A stretch of DNA of 64,000 nt from positions 731,938 through 795,937 of the forward strand of contig DATALT010000002.1 of assembly GCA_036260945.1 (NCBI GenBank), in the 5' to 3' direction. The notes under the pieces were generated by a model. That model was not told where the DNA came from. It saw only the letters and a list, made by a program, of their open reading frames with translations, and made no database searches. Shown here piece after piece: positions 1-9,993 of this stretch. The position numbers and the translations under genes are program-made. Source of the DNA: Candidatus Babeliales bacterium. Lineage in GTDB: Bacteria; Babelota; Babeliae; Babelales; JACPOV01. Numbering within the stretch: the first letter of the stretch is position 1; each line of letters starts with the position of its first letter.

Positions 1-2
1 GG

Positions 3-1163
3 TTGCTGGATTTTGAACGAGCGCTCGATTTTTGCATCGAGTACGCAATTAAAGAACAAGTCGATTTCTTTTTATTTTCGGGCGACGCGTATAAAACAAC
101 GAATCCAAGCCCAACGCAGCAACGCCTTTTGCTTAAATGTTTTTTGAAACTGCACAAAGCACAAATTCCACTCGTTATGGTGGTCGGTAATCATGATAAT
201 CCACTCAGCTTTGGAAAAGCGCACACGCTTGATCTCTTTAATGATTTGCCACTAAGCGGTTTTCATGTAATGGCAAAGCCGCATGCGTTTGTGTTACAAA
301 CAAAAAGTGGGCCGGTAAATATTGTCGGGCTCCCGTGGCCGAATCGTACAACGATCGCCACATCGCAAAATCATATGTTCAAATCTGCGGGAGAATTAAC
401 CGATTATATTTCTCAATCAACGGTCGCAATTTTGCAGCATTTAATTACCCAACTTGATCCACAATTGCCTTCAGTTCTTGCTGGGCATTTAACCGTAAGC
501 TCAGGAATTTTTTCTGGTTCTGAAAAACGAGCGGTATACGGAAATGATCCACTTTTTTTACCATCACAATTAGCAATTGCGCCGTTTGACTATGTCGGCC
601 TTGGCCATTTGCATCGTTTTCAAGATTTAAATGCGCACGCGCACCCGCCAGTAGTTTATTCAGGATCGCCAGAACGAATAGATTTTGGGGAACGAAAGGA
701 AGAAAAAGGTTTTTGCGATGTACGGATTTCCCAAAAAGGGAAAACATCGTACGAATTTATCAAAACGCCCGCACGCCCTTTTATTCAAATCGAAGTTCAT
801 TTACAAGCAGATTGCGATCACACACAACAAATTCTTGATGCACTCAAAGAGCACGATATCGCCCAAGCAATTCTGAAAATTATTTATCACGTCGCTCCAA
901 CAATAAAAGATACGGTCGACTTATCTAAAATTGAACGCGCATGCGCTTCAGCACTGCATGTCGTAGGCATTATTCCGGTGCACCAACCAAAAAATCGTGA
1001 AAAAAGATCCAATTTAAAAGTTGATATGGATCTAGAAACTATTTTGGATCTCTATTTTTCCGGCAAGCCAGAACTAGCAGCGCAAAAAGAAAATCTTATT
1101 GCTAAAGCGCTTGCACTCAAAGATGAACTGGCTCTAAACGAAATAACGAGTGGGAATGACTGA
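3..1163 (+). CDS. sbcD: DNA repair exonuclease SbcD (Mre11-family nuclease), 5'-partial at window edge
   Basis: Calcineurin-like phosphoesterase motifs in translation (GDAYK, VVGNHDNP, GHLH); the ORF runs into the window start. Confidence 0.8.
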   Translation: MLDFERALDFCIEYAIKEQVDFFLFSGDAYKTTNPSPTQQRLLLKCFLKLHKAQIPLVMVVGNHDNPLSFGKAHTLDLFNDLPLSGFHVMAKPHAFVLQTKSGPVNIVGLPWPNRTTIATSQNHMFKSAGELTDYISQSTVAILQHLITQLDPQLPSVLAGHLTVSSGIFSGSEKRAVYGNDPLFLPSQLAIAPFDYVGLGHLHRFQDLNAHAHPPVVYSGSPERIDFGERKEEKGFCDVRISQKGKTSYEFIKTPARPFIQIEVHLQADCDHTQQILDALKEHDIAQAILKIIYHVAPTIKDTVDLSKIERACASALHVVGIIPVHQPKNREKRSNLKVDMDLETILDLYFSGKPELAAQKENLIAKALALKDELALNEITSGND

Positions 1164-1188
1164 AAAAAATAGAGTTTCAGATCCTATT

Positions 1189-2373
1189 TTATGCACTTGT
1201 TGTTGCATCGTGAGAATAATAAACGATCGATGCAGAATCAAAAAGCTGATCTTTATATTTCTTAAATAGATCGACCGATTTCTCTTGGCGCAATTCTGCA
1301 ACAATATGCTTATAGCGTTTTTTGAGAGAAACTAAGCGCTGCGGTTTTTTTGCCGATACCTTAAAGAGTTCAAAGCCGCCATTCGTTTCTAGTGGTTCAG
1401 AAATCTTATTTACATCCAGCGATAATAGAAAGCGCATATGCTCCGCCATTTCGCTCTCTTTGAGCCAAAACTCATCTTCCCAAGATGTAATAAATGAAGT
1501 ATCGCCCGCGGCAATTTTATTTACCAACTCATCTTTAGAACTAACTTGAGAAAAAGAAACAAATGCTCTTGAAATTTTTACTCGAGGTTCATTATAAATT
1601 GGATGCTCTTTGTAATAGGCTTCTATCTCATTTTCAGGTACCACAACGCCTTGCATTTTCATTTCGCTCATATAATTGACCGCGTACATTTTTTTCAGCT
1701 CTTTAATACCTTCTTGCAGCGTATAGCCAGATTGCGCAAGAATTTTTTCTAAATCGCTCATGCTCCAATTATTTTGTCTGCAGAGGCCATCAATATAATT
1801 GTTGACGATTGAGTTATCGTTCGGGTCCATTTTTTGGCGCTCAATAAGCTGCATCCAATTTTGATAAACCAACTCATTAAACGCAAACATCTCTAGTTTT
1901 TCAGCATCAGTGCGAGCAGCCATTGGCGCTAAACCTGGCCGGTATTTGTCGGTCTCGCAAAAAATTTGGCATCTCTCTGGGCCGTTAACTGCGCAGGCAA
2001 CCCCATCCAGATAAACTCTGCCCGCTTTCATGGGTTTTGGGGGCGCAACGACGAGCATTTTCTTATCCGCTAGCGGATCGTCGGTCTTTTTTATCTCTTG
2101 AGAATGGGTCAGTTGTTTGCTGGCTTTAGAGCCTTTTTGTGCCTTAGATGAATCATCACTTTTTTTTGCAGCAAGCGTTGCCGCTGCAGGTTTTTTTTGC
2201 GCTGATTTGTTGGTTACGCTCGTTGCTTTTTTAGGCGCAGTTGCCGGTAAAGCGTTCTTAGTAACCGTTGCCTGCTTTTTAGGGGAGGTAGAAGGCTTGC
2301 AAAACCCTCCAGAGCTAAAACCGGCTAGCAAAACGATTAAGAGGAGAAAATTACGCATATTCATTCGAGTCAT
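1189..2373 (-). CDS. SurA/PpiD-like periplasmic chaperone (PPIase family) with Lys/Ala-rich N-terminal linker
   Basis: Signal peptide followed by a K/A/S-rich low-complexity linker and a SurA-N-like chaperone region; the start may be an internal Met near 2358. Confidence 0.5.
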   Translation of the reverse strand: MTRMNMRNFLLLIVLLAGFSSGGFCKPSTSPKKQATVTKNALPATAPKKATSVTNKSAQKKPAAATLAAKKSDDSSKAQKGSKASKQLTHSQEIKKTDDPLADKKMLVVAPPKPMKAGRVYLDGVACAVNGPERCQIFCETDKYRPGLAPMAARTDAEKLEMFAFNELVYQNWMQLIERQKMDPNDNSIVNNYIDGLCRQNNWSMSDLEKILAQSGYTLQEGIKELKKMYAVNYMSEMKMQGVVVPENEIEAYYKEHPIYNEPRVKISRAFVSFSQVSSKDELVNKIAAGDTSFITSWEDEFWLKESEMAEHMRFLLSLDVNKISEPLETNGGFELFKVSAKKPQRLVSLKKRYKHIVAELRQEKSVDLFKKYKDQLFDSASIVYYSHDATTSA

Positions 2374-2461
2374 CCTTTAAAGTAGTTTCCCAGCCTTGCC
2401 TTTTTTACCAGAGATCTCATTTTTTATTCGGGGTCCCCAAACAAACTCTTAAGTTTTTTGG

Positions 2462-2499
2462 GGTCAAAATAAGAAGGGGCACCGATATAATGCCCCTTC
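2462..2499 (-). terminator. putative intrinsic terminator downstream of the 2543-3676 minus-strand gene
   Basis: Inverted repeat GAAGGGGCA-9nt-TGCCCCTTC at 2473-2499, followed on the minus strand by TTATTTTG. Confidence 0.45.
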
Positions 2500-2542
2500 T
2501 GGTTATTAGCTTAAAATGTTTCACGCTAATGCGCAACTGGCC

Positions 2543-3676
2543 TTATGCACCCTTTATGGCTGATGGCGCTTGGGAAATGCTGTCCCCTTGCTCTTCATCG
2601 CCCTGATTCATGCTTTGCTTTTGGCCACCCTTTTCCATCATATTGTTCATTTCTTCTTCTTTAAGCTTCTTTTTTCGCTCAAAATAGTCTTTGTTTTCAA
2701 CGATCTTGAACTCATTGCGGAGGCTTTCGAGCTCTTTATTGAACAATTCGCCCATTTTTTGCTGCTGCAAGAACGCCTCTATGCGGGGCTTAATTTGATC
2801 GAACGGCACATATTGTGCATCTTTTTTAGCGGTTGCTTTAATAACCCACGTTTTGTCTTTACCTGAAGCCATTTCAATAGCAGGGAATTTCTTCATGCCA
2901 TTTATTTTTTCGCGAACCACTGGATCAACATCAAAACTCATTTCATTAATTTCTTGGAACGATTTAACGTTGCCTTTTGCTTCTCGTGCTGCTTGTTCAA
3001 AATCAGCTTTGCCTTCTTTCACTTTTGCCAAGAATGCTTGAGCATCTGATGGTTTATCAAATGTTGCAATTTGCGCTGCAACGCCGCCGCGATTCATCAT
3101 GAGCTCAGGAATGGTTTTCTTGTTTTCATCATAATACTTGCGCACTTCCGCTTCACTCACATTTACTGGGTGAGCTTCTTGGAAATATTTTACCGCCAAT
3201 TGACGCTTGCCGAAATCAACGATCATTTGAAGATCTTTTTTGTATGCGTCTTTTTGGTCTATGCCACTTTTTGCAAGCCAAGCTTGAAGCATTTCTTCAT
3301 TTGCCATGCTCTTGAAAAGTTCCATTTCAGCATCTGGCATCAGCGCAATAAGCTGCTTTAATTGCGGTTGCGCTTCAAGAACAGTGCTTACATAATTTTC
3401 AAAACGATCAACTGTAATGCGCGGTTTGCCATCGATAGAAAGTAAAACTTCTCCACTTCCCGCTGGCATTTGATCCACAGCGGCAGATGATTCGCTTCTT
3501 TCTTCATTCTTGCTGCCAAAAAAATCACATTGAGGCAAAACTACTAAAATTGATAAAACAAACACTCCTTGGAGTGATCTATAAAGATGCATCTTCACGA
3601 GATCCTTTCTTTGATACATATAATTATTTTTTTCTGGTGGTAGCGTACCATAGAACGAAAATCGTTGCAAAATCAT
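2543..3676 (-). CDS. SurA-like periplasmic chaperone / PPIase-family protein
   Basis: Internal signal peptide (a likely true start near 3592) and SurA N-domain-like helical region; second of two tandem chaperone genes. Confidence 0.45.
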   Translation of the reverse strand: MILQRFSFYGTLPPEKNNYMYQRKDLVKMHLYRSLQGVFVLSILVVLPQCDFFGSKNEERSESSAAVDQMPAGSGEVLLSIDGKPRITVDRFENYVSTVLEAQPQLKQLIALMPDAEMELFKSMANEEMLQAWLAKSGIDQKDAYKKDLQMIVDFGKRQLAVKYFQEAHPVNVSEAEVRKYYDENKKTIPELMMNRGGVAAQIATFDKPSDAQAFLAKVKEGKADFEQAAREAKGNVKSFQEINEMSFDVDPVVREKINGMKKFPAIEMASGKDKTWVIKATAKKDAQYVPFDQIKPRIEAFLQQQKMGELFNKELESLRNEFKIVENKDYFERKKKLKEEEMNNMMEKGGQKQSMNQGDEEQGDSISQAPSAIKGA

Positions 3677-4335
3677 ATAACGCGTGCAGCAACAGCTCCG
3701 TAAAGCGCTTCGGGTTTACACCCGTATAAAATAGTGCGCGCAACTGCGTGTAATGTGGCTCCAGTTGTCAGCAAATCATCAATAAGCAAAAGAGTTGCGC
3801 CATCATACTTTTTTAAATCTCCGATTGGAGCAAACGCATCGCAAATAATTTCGGAGCGTTCGTGAATTTTTCTGGATGATAAATAAGGAGTCGATGTTTT
3901 TCGTTTTATGATCTGCGCAATCGGCTTTCCAGAAATTTTATTTATTGTTTGCGCAATCACCTCTGCTTGATTATATCCGCGCCATGCATAACGCCGCCAG
4001 TGCAAAGGCACTGGAACAATATAATCAAAATCTAAAACAGAAATTGCAGTGCGTTGCCAAATTAACTCTCCCAATTGAACACTGGCAACGCGGGAAGACC
4101 AACTTTTTCCAAGAATAAGCGATTTGAGTGGCTCTTCATAAACACCGGCCGCAAAAACTGGCATCTGAAAAGATTTAGTGACTTCAATAGTTTTTGAAAC
4201 AACGGGCTTTACTTGAGCTGCACATTGCGCGCACCACCATGCTTTTTCAAAAAGAATAATGCCACAATAGGTACAAAATGATGGTGCAATGAGGTGGCGC
4301 ACATTATTAATAAGTAAATGTTTAATTATTCCCAT
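3673..4335 (-). CDS. comFC: ComF-family phosphoribosyltransferase-domain protein
   Basis: N-terminal CxxC...CxxC zinc-finger motifs and C-terminal PRTase motif LLIDDLLTTGATL. Confidence 0.7.
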   Translation of the reverse strand: MGIIKHLLINNVRHLIAPSFCTYCGIILFEKAWWCAQCAAQVKPVVSKTIEVTKSFQMPVFAAGVYEEPLKSLILGKSWSSRVASVQLGELIWQRTAISVLDFDYIVPVPLHWRRYAWRGYNQAEVIAQTINKISGKPIAQIIKRKTSTPYLSSRKIHERSEIICDAFAPIGDLKKYDGATLLLIDDLLTTGATLHAVARTILYGCKPEALYGAVAARVI

Positions 4336-5534
4336 TGATGAAAATATTTCTCAACTTGTTCACTGCGATTTTGTTCGTAGCACCATCTATCCCACATAAA
4401 TTCATAACCAACTATATATTTTAAATATTGGTCTTCAGAATAACGTCCATGAACTTTATTATTTTTTAATCGATGCATTGTCTGATGCAATTGTCGAATC
4501 ACTTTGACAGCGTAGTAGCGATCAATAGAATCGGGATGTGTGCTTGGTGGCTTGCCATACAACTCTTCCATCATAACCAACAACTCTCCATTGTTCTCAT
4601 GAAATGCATGGCCTGCTAAAAAGTTTTCAATCAGCAAGGCATGATCTAGTCTTTGAGCTGCAGGTCGCTGGTCCGCACGATATTCAGCGAATAGACAGAG
4701 ATCAGAAAATTCAATTTTTTTTTCACCAACCGTAATCAAGTGCGAAAAAATTATCCTGTATGCATGATCTCGCTTTTTCCCATGGCCAGCAATCTCATGA
4801 AGTAATGTTGCTTTTTGCTGATCACGAGTGAGCCAAAAAAACTTTCTTCCTAATAATAAGACTTGGTCACGCGGCTGTTTTACTATTGAAATGGAGGATG
4901 TCTTAGTACGCCGCTTTGTGAGTTTAATAGCTTCTCCCATTGCAGCGATGCGGGCATTATTTTTTCTGTCGTAAGTAACTTTTAAAGACCCTTTTAGCTG
5001 TTCCTGCTCGCAAATCTCTTCGATCATTTTAGTGATCGCTAAAGAATTATCTCGCCTAAGAAAATCCCTATCCGGGTAAATTGAAATTTTTTGCTGCGAT
5101 AATTTTTTTTGATAATTTTCCAATTTTGTTAATTCTTTTTCTACGTTCTCTACCGATTGATCAGATATGCCCAAATCTTTTTTTGTTATTTCAAGTGCAC
5201 GTTTTCCCTGTTCCTTCAACACTTCTTTTACAAACGTTTTTACGGTCAGGCCATTTTTTTGCAATTCTTGCACAAACTCATCCATCGGATGTTTTTCACA
5301 ATTGCCGCGCAAATAACAACTACGCTGTTCTTGATATTTTTCATCTTTAATAAGATCGTAAATCGTTTCAAACTGCTTATTATGAATTGTTTTTTCGATA
5401 AATTTACAGCGCGCATTTTCTGGTGAATTCATTCCAAAAAAATTTTGGACATTTACCCAGTAGCTTTGCTCTACTTTGCAAAAAATATTTTGCGAAATTG
5501 TGAAAAGAAAAAATAATCCGAATATAAAACGCAT
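4326..5534 (-). CDS. hypothetical secreted protein with HExxH motif (possible zinc metallopeptidase)
   Basis: N-terminal signal peptide; LLHEIAGH motif; no other recognisable family. Confidence 0.45.
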   Translation of the reverse strand: MRFIFGLFFLFTISQNIFCKVEQSYWVNVQNFFGMNSPENARCKFIEKTIHNKQFETIYDLIKDEKYQEQRSCYLRGNCEKHPMDEFVQELQKNGLTVKTFVKEVLKEQGKRALEITKKDLGISDQSVENVEKELTKLENYQKKLSQQKISIYPDRDFLRRDNSLAITKMIEEICEQEQLKGSLKVTYDRKNNARIAAMGEAIKLTKRRTKTSSISIVKQPRDQVLLLGRKFFWLTRDQQKATLLHEIAGHGKKRDHAYRIIFSHLITVGEKKIEFSDLCLFAEYRADQRPAAQRLDHALLIENFLAGHAFHENNGELLVMMEELYGKPPSTHPDSIDRYYAVKVIRQLHQTMHRLKNNKVHGRYSEDQYLKYIVGYEFMWDRWCYEQNRSEQVEKYFHQWE

Positions 5535-5568
5535 TTGTCCACCCTAAAAAAATAAAATCCTACATTCC

Positions 5569-6000
5569 CTAAAAAAGAAGACGCAGCACTATATTTGCAA
5601 CAACGCCCGCTACGATATCATCAAGCATAATTCCCCAAACGCCAGGAAGACGTTCTGTGCGGCCGATAAACGATGGTTTACAGATATCAAGAATGCGAAA
5701 AAGAATAAATCCTGCACATAACGTGGTTGAGGTTAACGCAATACCATAAAAAGTTACCAAGCAACCAACAACTTCGTCGATCACAATTTCGTGCGGATCT
5801 TTTTTATCAAAAAAAGGCAAACTTGCGCGCACCAATGCAAAACCAATGCCAATTGTTGCTGCAAGAATAATGAGATAATCCAACGAAAACCGCGAAATAA
5901 GAATTACCAACGGCAATGTTACGAGCGTCGCCATCGTACCCGGCGCCGGTGCATACCCAATTTTTGAAAGTGTTACTGCACGTTGCGCAAAGCTACTCAT
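5569..6000 (-). CDS. pgpA: phosphatidylglycerophosphatase A
   Basis: PgpA-like membrane protein ending in the LPGVWGIMLDDIVAG motif; start chosen at the internal Met, giving an ATGA overlap with lspA. Confidence 0.65.
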   Translation of the reverse strand: MSSFAQRAVTLSKIGYAPAPGTMATLVTLPLVILISRFSLDYLIILAATIGIGFALVRASLPFFDKKDPHEIVIDEVVGCLVTFYGIALTSTTLCAGFILFRILDICKPSFIGRTERLPGVWGIMLDDIVAGVVANIVLRLLF

Positions 6001-6461
6001 TTTGATTTTCCCCCAAACGATTCTATAATCATCAATCCCGCACCTATAACTATTGCTGCATCGGCCACATTGAAAACCGGCCAAGACCACTGCCCAAAAG
6101 AAACCAGAATAAAATCAACAACCCCGCTATACATAATTCTATCAATAAAATTAGAAAGGCCGCCCGCAATAATAAGCATTTCGCCAACAATGCTAAATCC
6201 TCTTGCCGCACGTTGCCATGCATAACAAATAAGCATCATGCAAAACGCACCAATTACAAACGTAATTATCCAATAAGCATATTCGGGCGCTGAATTAAAA
6301 AATCCCCAAGAAATTCCACGATTCATCGTTTTAGTCAATTCAAGAAACGATGTGATACGATAACTTGATGAAAGAAACGTAAGAACGCACCATTTACTCA
6401 CGCGATCTAGAATAATTATTCCAAAAAATAATGCGGCATAAAAGAGTGATCTATTTTTCAT
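5997..6461 (-). CDS. lspA: lipoprotein signal peptidase II
   Basis: About 154 aa, four TM segments; conserved NRGISWGFF and FNVADAAI motifs. Confidence 0.85.
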   Translation of the reverse strand: MKNRSLFYAALFFGIIILDRVSKWCVLTFLSSSYRITSFLELTKTMNRGISWGFFNSAPEYAYWIITFVIGAFCMMLICYAWQRAARGFSIVGEMLIIAGGLSNFIDRIMYSGVVDFILVSFGQWSWPVFNVADAAIVIGAGLMIIESFGGKSK

Positions 6462-8773
6462 CGAATCACCGCGCCGGTATTTTTTAATTTCATGAGAACG
6501 TGATCGTACAAATGATCAATTTCTTGCTGAGATAATGTTTTTTCTGCATCGCGCGCAAAGAAACGAACCGTAACCGATCGCTGATCTTGCCATTCATCTT
6601 TTTCATAGAAATCTACAAGTTCGACTTTATAAATTCTGCCATCCGCATCTAAAATAGTTTTCTTGATTTGTTCAACCGTAATCGTACGCGCAATCATCAT
6701 GCTAATATCAAACCAAGTTGAAGGATATTTTGCTAACGGAGTAAAACGTTGCGCATCAACCGCTGCATTTTTAGTCAGTTCTTGTACATCAAGCTCAAAA
6801 ATAAATGCATTTCCTTCGACAACGCTCCCAAGAAATGCGCTGTTTGCCATTCCTGCATACCCAAGAGATGCGCCATTTACTTGAATGCGCGCAGTTTGAT
6901 GCGGATGCATCCAGGGCTCGATAGTAGTCGCTTGTTTCCATTCAGCTGCTATATTCAGCATAGAAAAAAGCTTACTCAATTGATTCTTAAGAACATAAAA
7001 ATCAAGCGCAGCTTTGGCAAAAATAATTCCGGCTAGATTCTTTTTTTCAATAACCTGTGTGCCCTTTTTATCCCAAACATTATTATATTCAAAAAAACGA
7101 AGCTCACGCTCAGTTTTATTCTGAACCACATTTTTTATTAAATGCGGCACAAGGCTTGTTACCATCGCTTGCCAGTTTTCTGAAACAGGATTTTGAATAG
7201 TAACCGTTTGCGCAGGTTGCCATTTTAATTGACGCAAAAACTCTTCATCAAAAATTGCATAATTCGTTACTTCGTGCGCTGAAAGTGAATAGGCACAGAA
7301 ATTTTTTAGATTCCGTTCTTGAAACGTAGCTGAAAGCGATGATGGTTTGAGTTTTAGAGCTGGCATTTCGAGCGGAATAGTATTGTATCCAAAAAAGCGC
7401 CCAATTTCTTCAACGATGTCTTCTTTTACAAACGTTTCTTTCGATGAACGAAAAGTAGGAATGCTTAAATGATAAACATTTTTCTCCCTCTTAACGCCAA
7501 AATCAAGCGCTTTTAAAATTTTTCCAATCTCAGCTGCTGGAACTGGTGCACCTAAACGAGAAGTAATAAAATCGTGCGAGATTTTTAACTCTTCTTGCCC
7601 AACTGCATGCCCCAAGAGTACAAGAGAACCCGCAAGTTCAAATTCAATTTTATTTTCACTCAAAAGAGTTAAAAATCTCCCGAGTGCTTTAATCACGTTA
7701 TTAGGATCTAAGCTTTTTTCAAACCGAGATGATGCTTCGGTACGTTTTTTTACACGCAATGCCGTTTTGCGAACTCTTCCCGCATCAAAACATCCCGCTT
7801 CGATAAAAATGGATTTCGTTGTTGCACTTACCGCTGACGATGCCCCGCCCATAACGCCAGCAAGTCCTAAAGATTTTGCACCGTCGCTAATAACCAGATC
7901 TTCAGGATCGACCGTTATTGTTTGGCGATCAAGAAGTTCAAGCGTTTGTTCGCGGTTCGCGCATCCAGCTTCAATTTTTTTCACATCTATTTTTGCTGCA
8001 TCAAACGCATGCATCGGTTGACCAATATCAAACATAACGTAGTTAGTAGTATCCACAATTGCGTCGATAGGTTTGCTATCGACACGTGCCAAACGATGCG
8101 CCATCGAAATTAATGATGGGCAATAGGAGATCGATGAAATATAGCCACCGCCAAGTTGTTTAACCAACTCAGGATTTTTTATCTTCAGAGAAAATGGACG
8201 TTCTTTGCTTGAAGACGAAATCGACTCGTGCCGTTCGATCGGAAACTTTTTGATTATTTCTTTTTCTGAACGCATTTTAATTTTTAAGATTGCGCTTATT
8301 TCGCGCGCGATGCCGCGATGGCCCCATAAATCAGGCCGATGCGTCACCGATTTATTATCAAGATGCAAAATATAATCTTCGCTTTCAAAAGAATCTTTCC
8401 AAGATCCCTCAAGCTCTTTTTCGGTCGCGCTCAATGCGCCAATGAGCCCTTCTTTAGCCGCATGCCAATCGGCAAGCGTGGCCCAACGAACATCTTTATT
8501 GTTGTGAAAGACGAGAAACACAGCGCCCGCTACTGCATCAGTGCGAGAAGGCAGTGTAAACTCTTTATCAAGCTCCGCGCTGAAGAGAATAACTTTTTCT
8601 TTATCAATCTTTAAAACGGTGCCCAACGTGAAATGGTCCGTATTAAGCGTAATATGCTCAACCTGCTCAATCTCAGCGGTCGTCGTATTAAAACGGCGCA
8701 CCAACTCCTGGATATCATAATCTGCCCATGATCCCTTCAAATGATCAAAAATCCAAGAGAGCGATAATTTCAT
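6458..8773 (-). CDS. pheT: phenylalanine--tRNA ligase beta subunit
   Basis: 771 aa; recognised by overall similarity and the large minus-strand ORF. Confidence 0.85.
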   Translation of the reverse strand: MKLSLSWIFDHLKGSWADYDIQELVRRFNTTTAEIEQVEHITLNTDHFTLGTVLKIDKEKVILFSAELDKEFTLPSRTDAVAGAVFLVFHNNKDVRWATLADWHAAKEGLIGALSATEKELEGSWKDSFESEDYILHLDNKSVTHRPDLWGHRGIAREISAILKIKMRSEKEIIKKFPIERHESISSSSKERPFSLKIKNPELVKQLGGGYISSISYCPSLISMAHRLARVDSKPIDAIVDTTNYVMFDIGQPMHAFDAAKIDVKKIEAGCANREQTLELLDRQTITVDPEDLVISDGAKSLGLAGVMGGASSAVSATTKSIFIEAGCFDAGRVRKTALRVKKRTEASSRFEKSLDPNNVIKALGRFLTLLSENKIEFELAGSLVLLGHAVGQEELKISHDFITSRLGAPVPAAEIGKILKALDFGVKREKNVYHLSIPTFRSSKETFVKEDIVEEIGRFFGYNTIPLEMPALKLKPSSLSATFQERNLKNFCAYSLSAHEVTNYAIFDEEFLRQLKWQPAQTVTIQNPVSENWQAMVTSLVPHLIKNVVQNKTERELRFFEYNNVWDKKGTQVIEKKNLAGIIFAKAALDFYVLKNQLSKLFSMLNIAAEWKQATTIEPWMHPHQTARIQVNGASLGYAGMANSAFLGSVVEGNAFIFELDVQELTKNAAVDAQRFTPLAKYPSTWFDISMMIARTITVEQIKKTILDADGRIYKVELVDFYEKDEWQDQRSVTVRFFARDAEKTLSQQEIDHLYDHVLMKLKNTGAVIR

Positions 8774-9015
8774 AACAATACCCTTATTTTTCTATCGGAG
8801 GCTGTTGGAGGCTATTACCCTGAGAACACTCGTCCACAATTTGCATTACAAATACTGAAAAAATCAGATTTTTGGCTCAAAATGTATGAATTTTAGAGTA
8901 CGCCAAATTGCAAAAATGATCAATCGGAGCAAATTCTAATTGCTTGTGGCGATTCATTACTTTTTCTATATACTCAATTAAGTATGTTTTCCTCACATTA
9001 CCCCATAACTATATT

Positions 9016-9993
9016 ATGCCGCCGCAAGAACCGATTTTACGCGTCGCAAACCTCACGAAGGCGTTTATAACGCGCCCCTTTTTTGCGCACACAATATCTC
9101 AGGCGATCGCCGTGCGCGACGTTTCATTTGATATCCATAAAGGGGAAATCGTGGGCCTACTTGGGCCAAACGGTGCGGGAAAAACGACGACGCTTCAAAT
9201 GCTGATCGGAACCTTAAAGCCAACCTCTGGAACAATTCATTATTTTAATCAGGATTTTTTTCTCAACCGCTCCGAGCTTCTTCAGCGAATCGCTTTTGCC
9301 AGCGGCTCAATTAAACTGCCCATCACTATTTCCGTTGCACAAAATCTTGATATTTGTGCTCGTTTATATGGCCTTGCGCGAGCTGTACGAAAAAATCGCA
9401 TTGAGCAATTATTAACCACGTTTGGCATTTTTCAGTTAAAAGATCTTTCAACAGGTCAGCTTTCGGATGGGCAAATTTCTCGCGTCATGATAGCTAAAGC
9501 GTTTTTAGCACAACCAGAAATCGTATTTCTTGATGAAGCGACAGCCTCTCTAGATCCGGAGATTGCACTTACGGTACGCCAGTTCTTGCTTGAGGAAAAA
9601 AAAACACGTGGTACTGCGATGCTCTTTGCATCGCATAATATGGAAGAAGTTGCCTCATTGTGCGATCGAGTTCTTATTATGAATAATGGGATGCTGGTTG
9701 CTGATAGCAGTCCGCGTACACTAGCAAAAGAAGTTACCACGGTGAGAGTCCAATTTACTGGCGCTCACGATATACAGAAAATGGATCAGTTTTTGAATCG
9801 TCATGCGGTTGCGCATAGCATCGATAAAGAAAAAATTACGATTGAGCTCGATGAGCATTCAATTGCTCAACTATTGCAGCATTTTGCTCGAGAAGAGATC
9901 GTTTATTCCACTATTTCGATCGAGAAACCGACGCTGGAAGATTATTTTTTAAAAATCACAAATCCGCATAAAACCCTCAAGGAACTCGCATGA
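9016..9993 (+). CDS. ABC transporter ATP-binding protein
   Basis: Walker A GPNGAGKTT, ABC signature LSDGQ, Walker B IVFLDEATASLD; start taken at Met 9016 (the ORF-track TTG at 8944 is less likely). Confidence 0.85.
   Translation: MPPQEPILRVANLTKAFITRPFFAHTISQAIAVRDVSFDIHKGEIVGLLGPNGAGKTTTLQMLIGTLKPTSGTIHYFNQDFFLNRSELLQRIAFASGSIKLPITISVAQNLDICARLYGLARAVRKNRIEQLLTTFGIFQLKDLSTGQLSDGQISRVMIAKAFLAQPEIVFLDEATASLDPEIALTVRQFLLEEKKTRGTAMLFASHNMEEVASLCDRVLIMNNGMLVADSSPRTLAKEVTTVRVQFTGAHDIQKMDQFLNRHAVAHSIDKEKITIELDEHSIAQLLQHFAREEIVYSTISIEKPTLEDYFLKITNPHKTLKELA

Noticed and set aside
445-876. Small ORFs (445-747 minus, 685-876 plus) inside sbcD
   Set aside because: Entirely nested in or antisense to a well-supported CDS. 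No Shine-Dalgarno. Composition typical of out-of-frame translation.
2570-3729. Several 60-98 aa plus-strand ORFs overlapping the minus-strand chaperone gene
   Set aside because: Antisense or alternate-frame artifacts of an AT-rich coding region.
8774-9015. Possible sRNA or promoter in the 240-bp pheT/ABC-transporter intergenic region
   Set aside because: Only weak -35/-10 matches and no terminator hairpin. Nothing distinctive beyond an ordinary promoter region.
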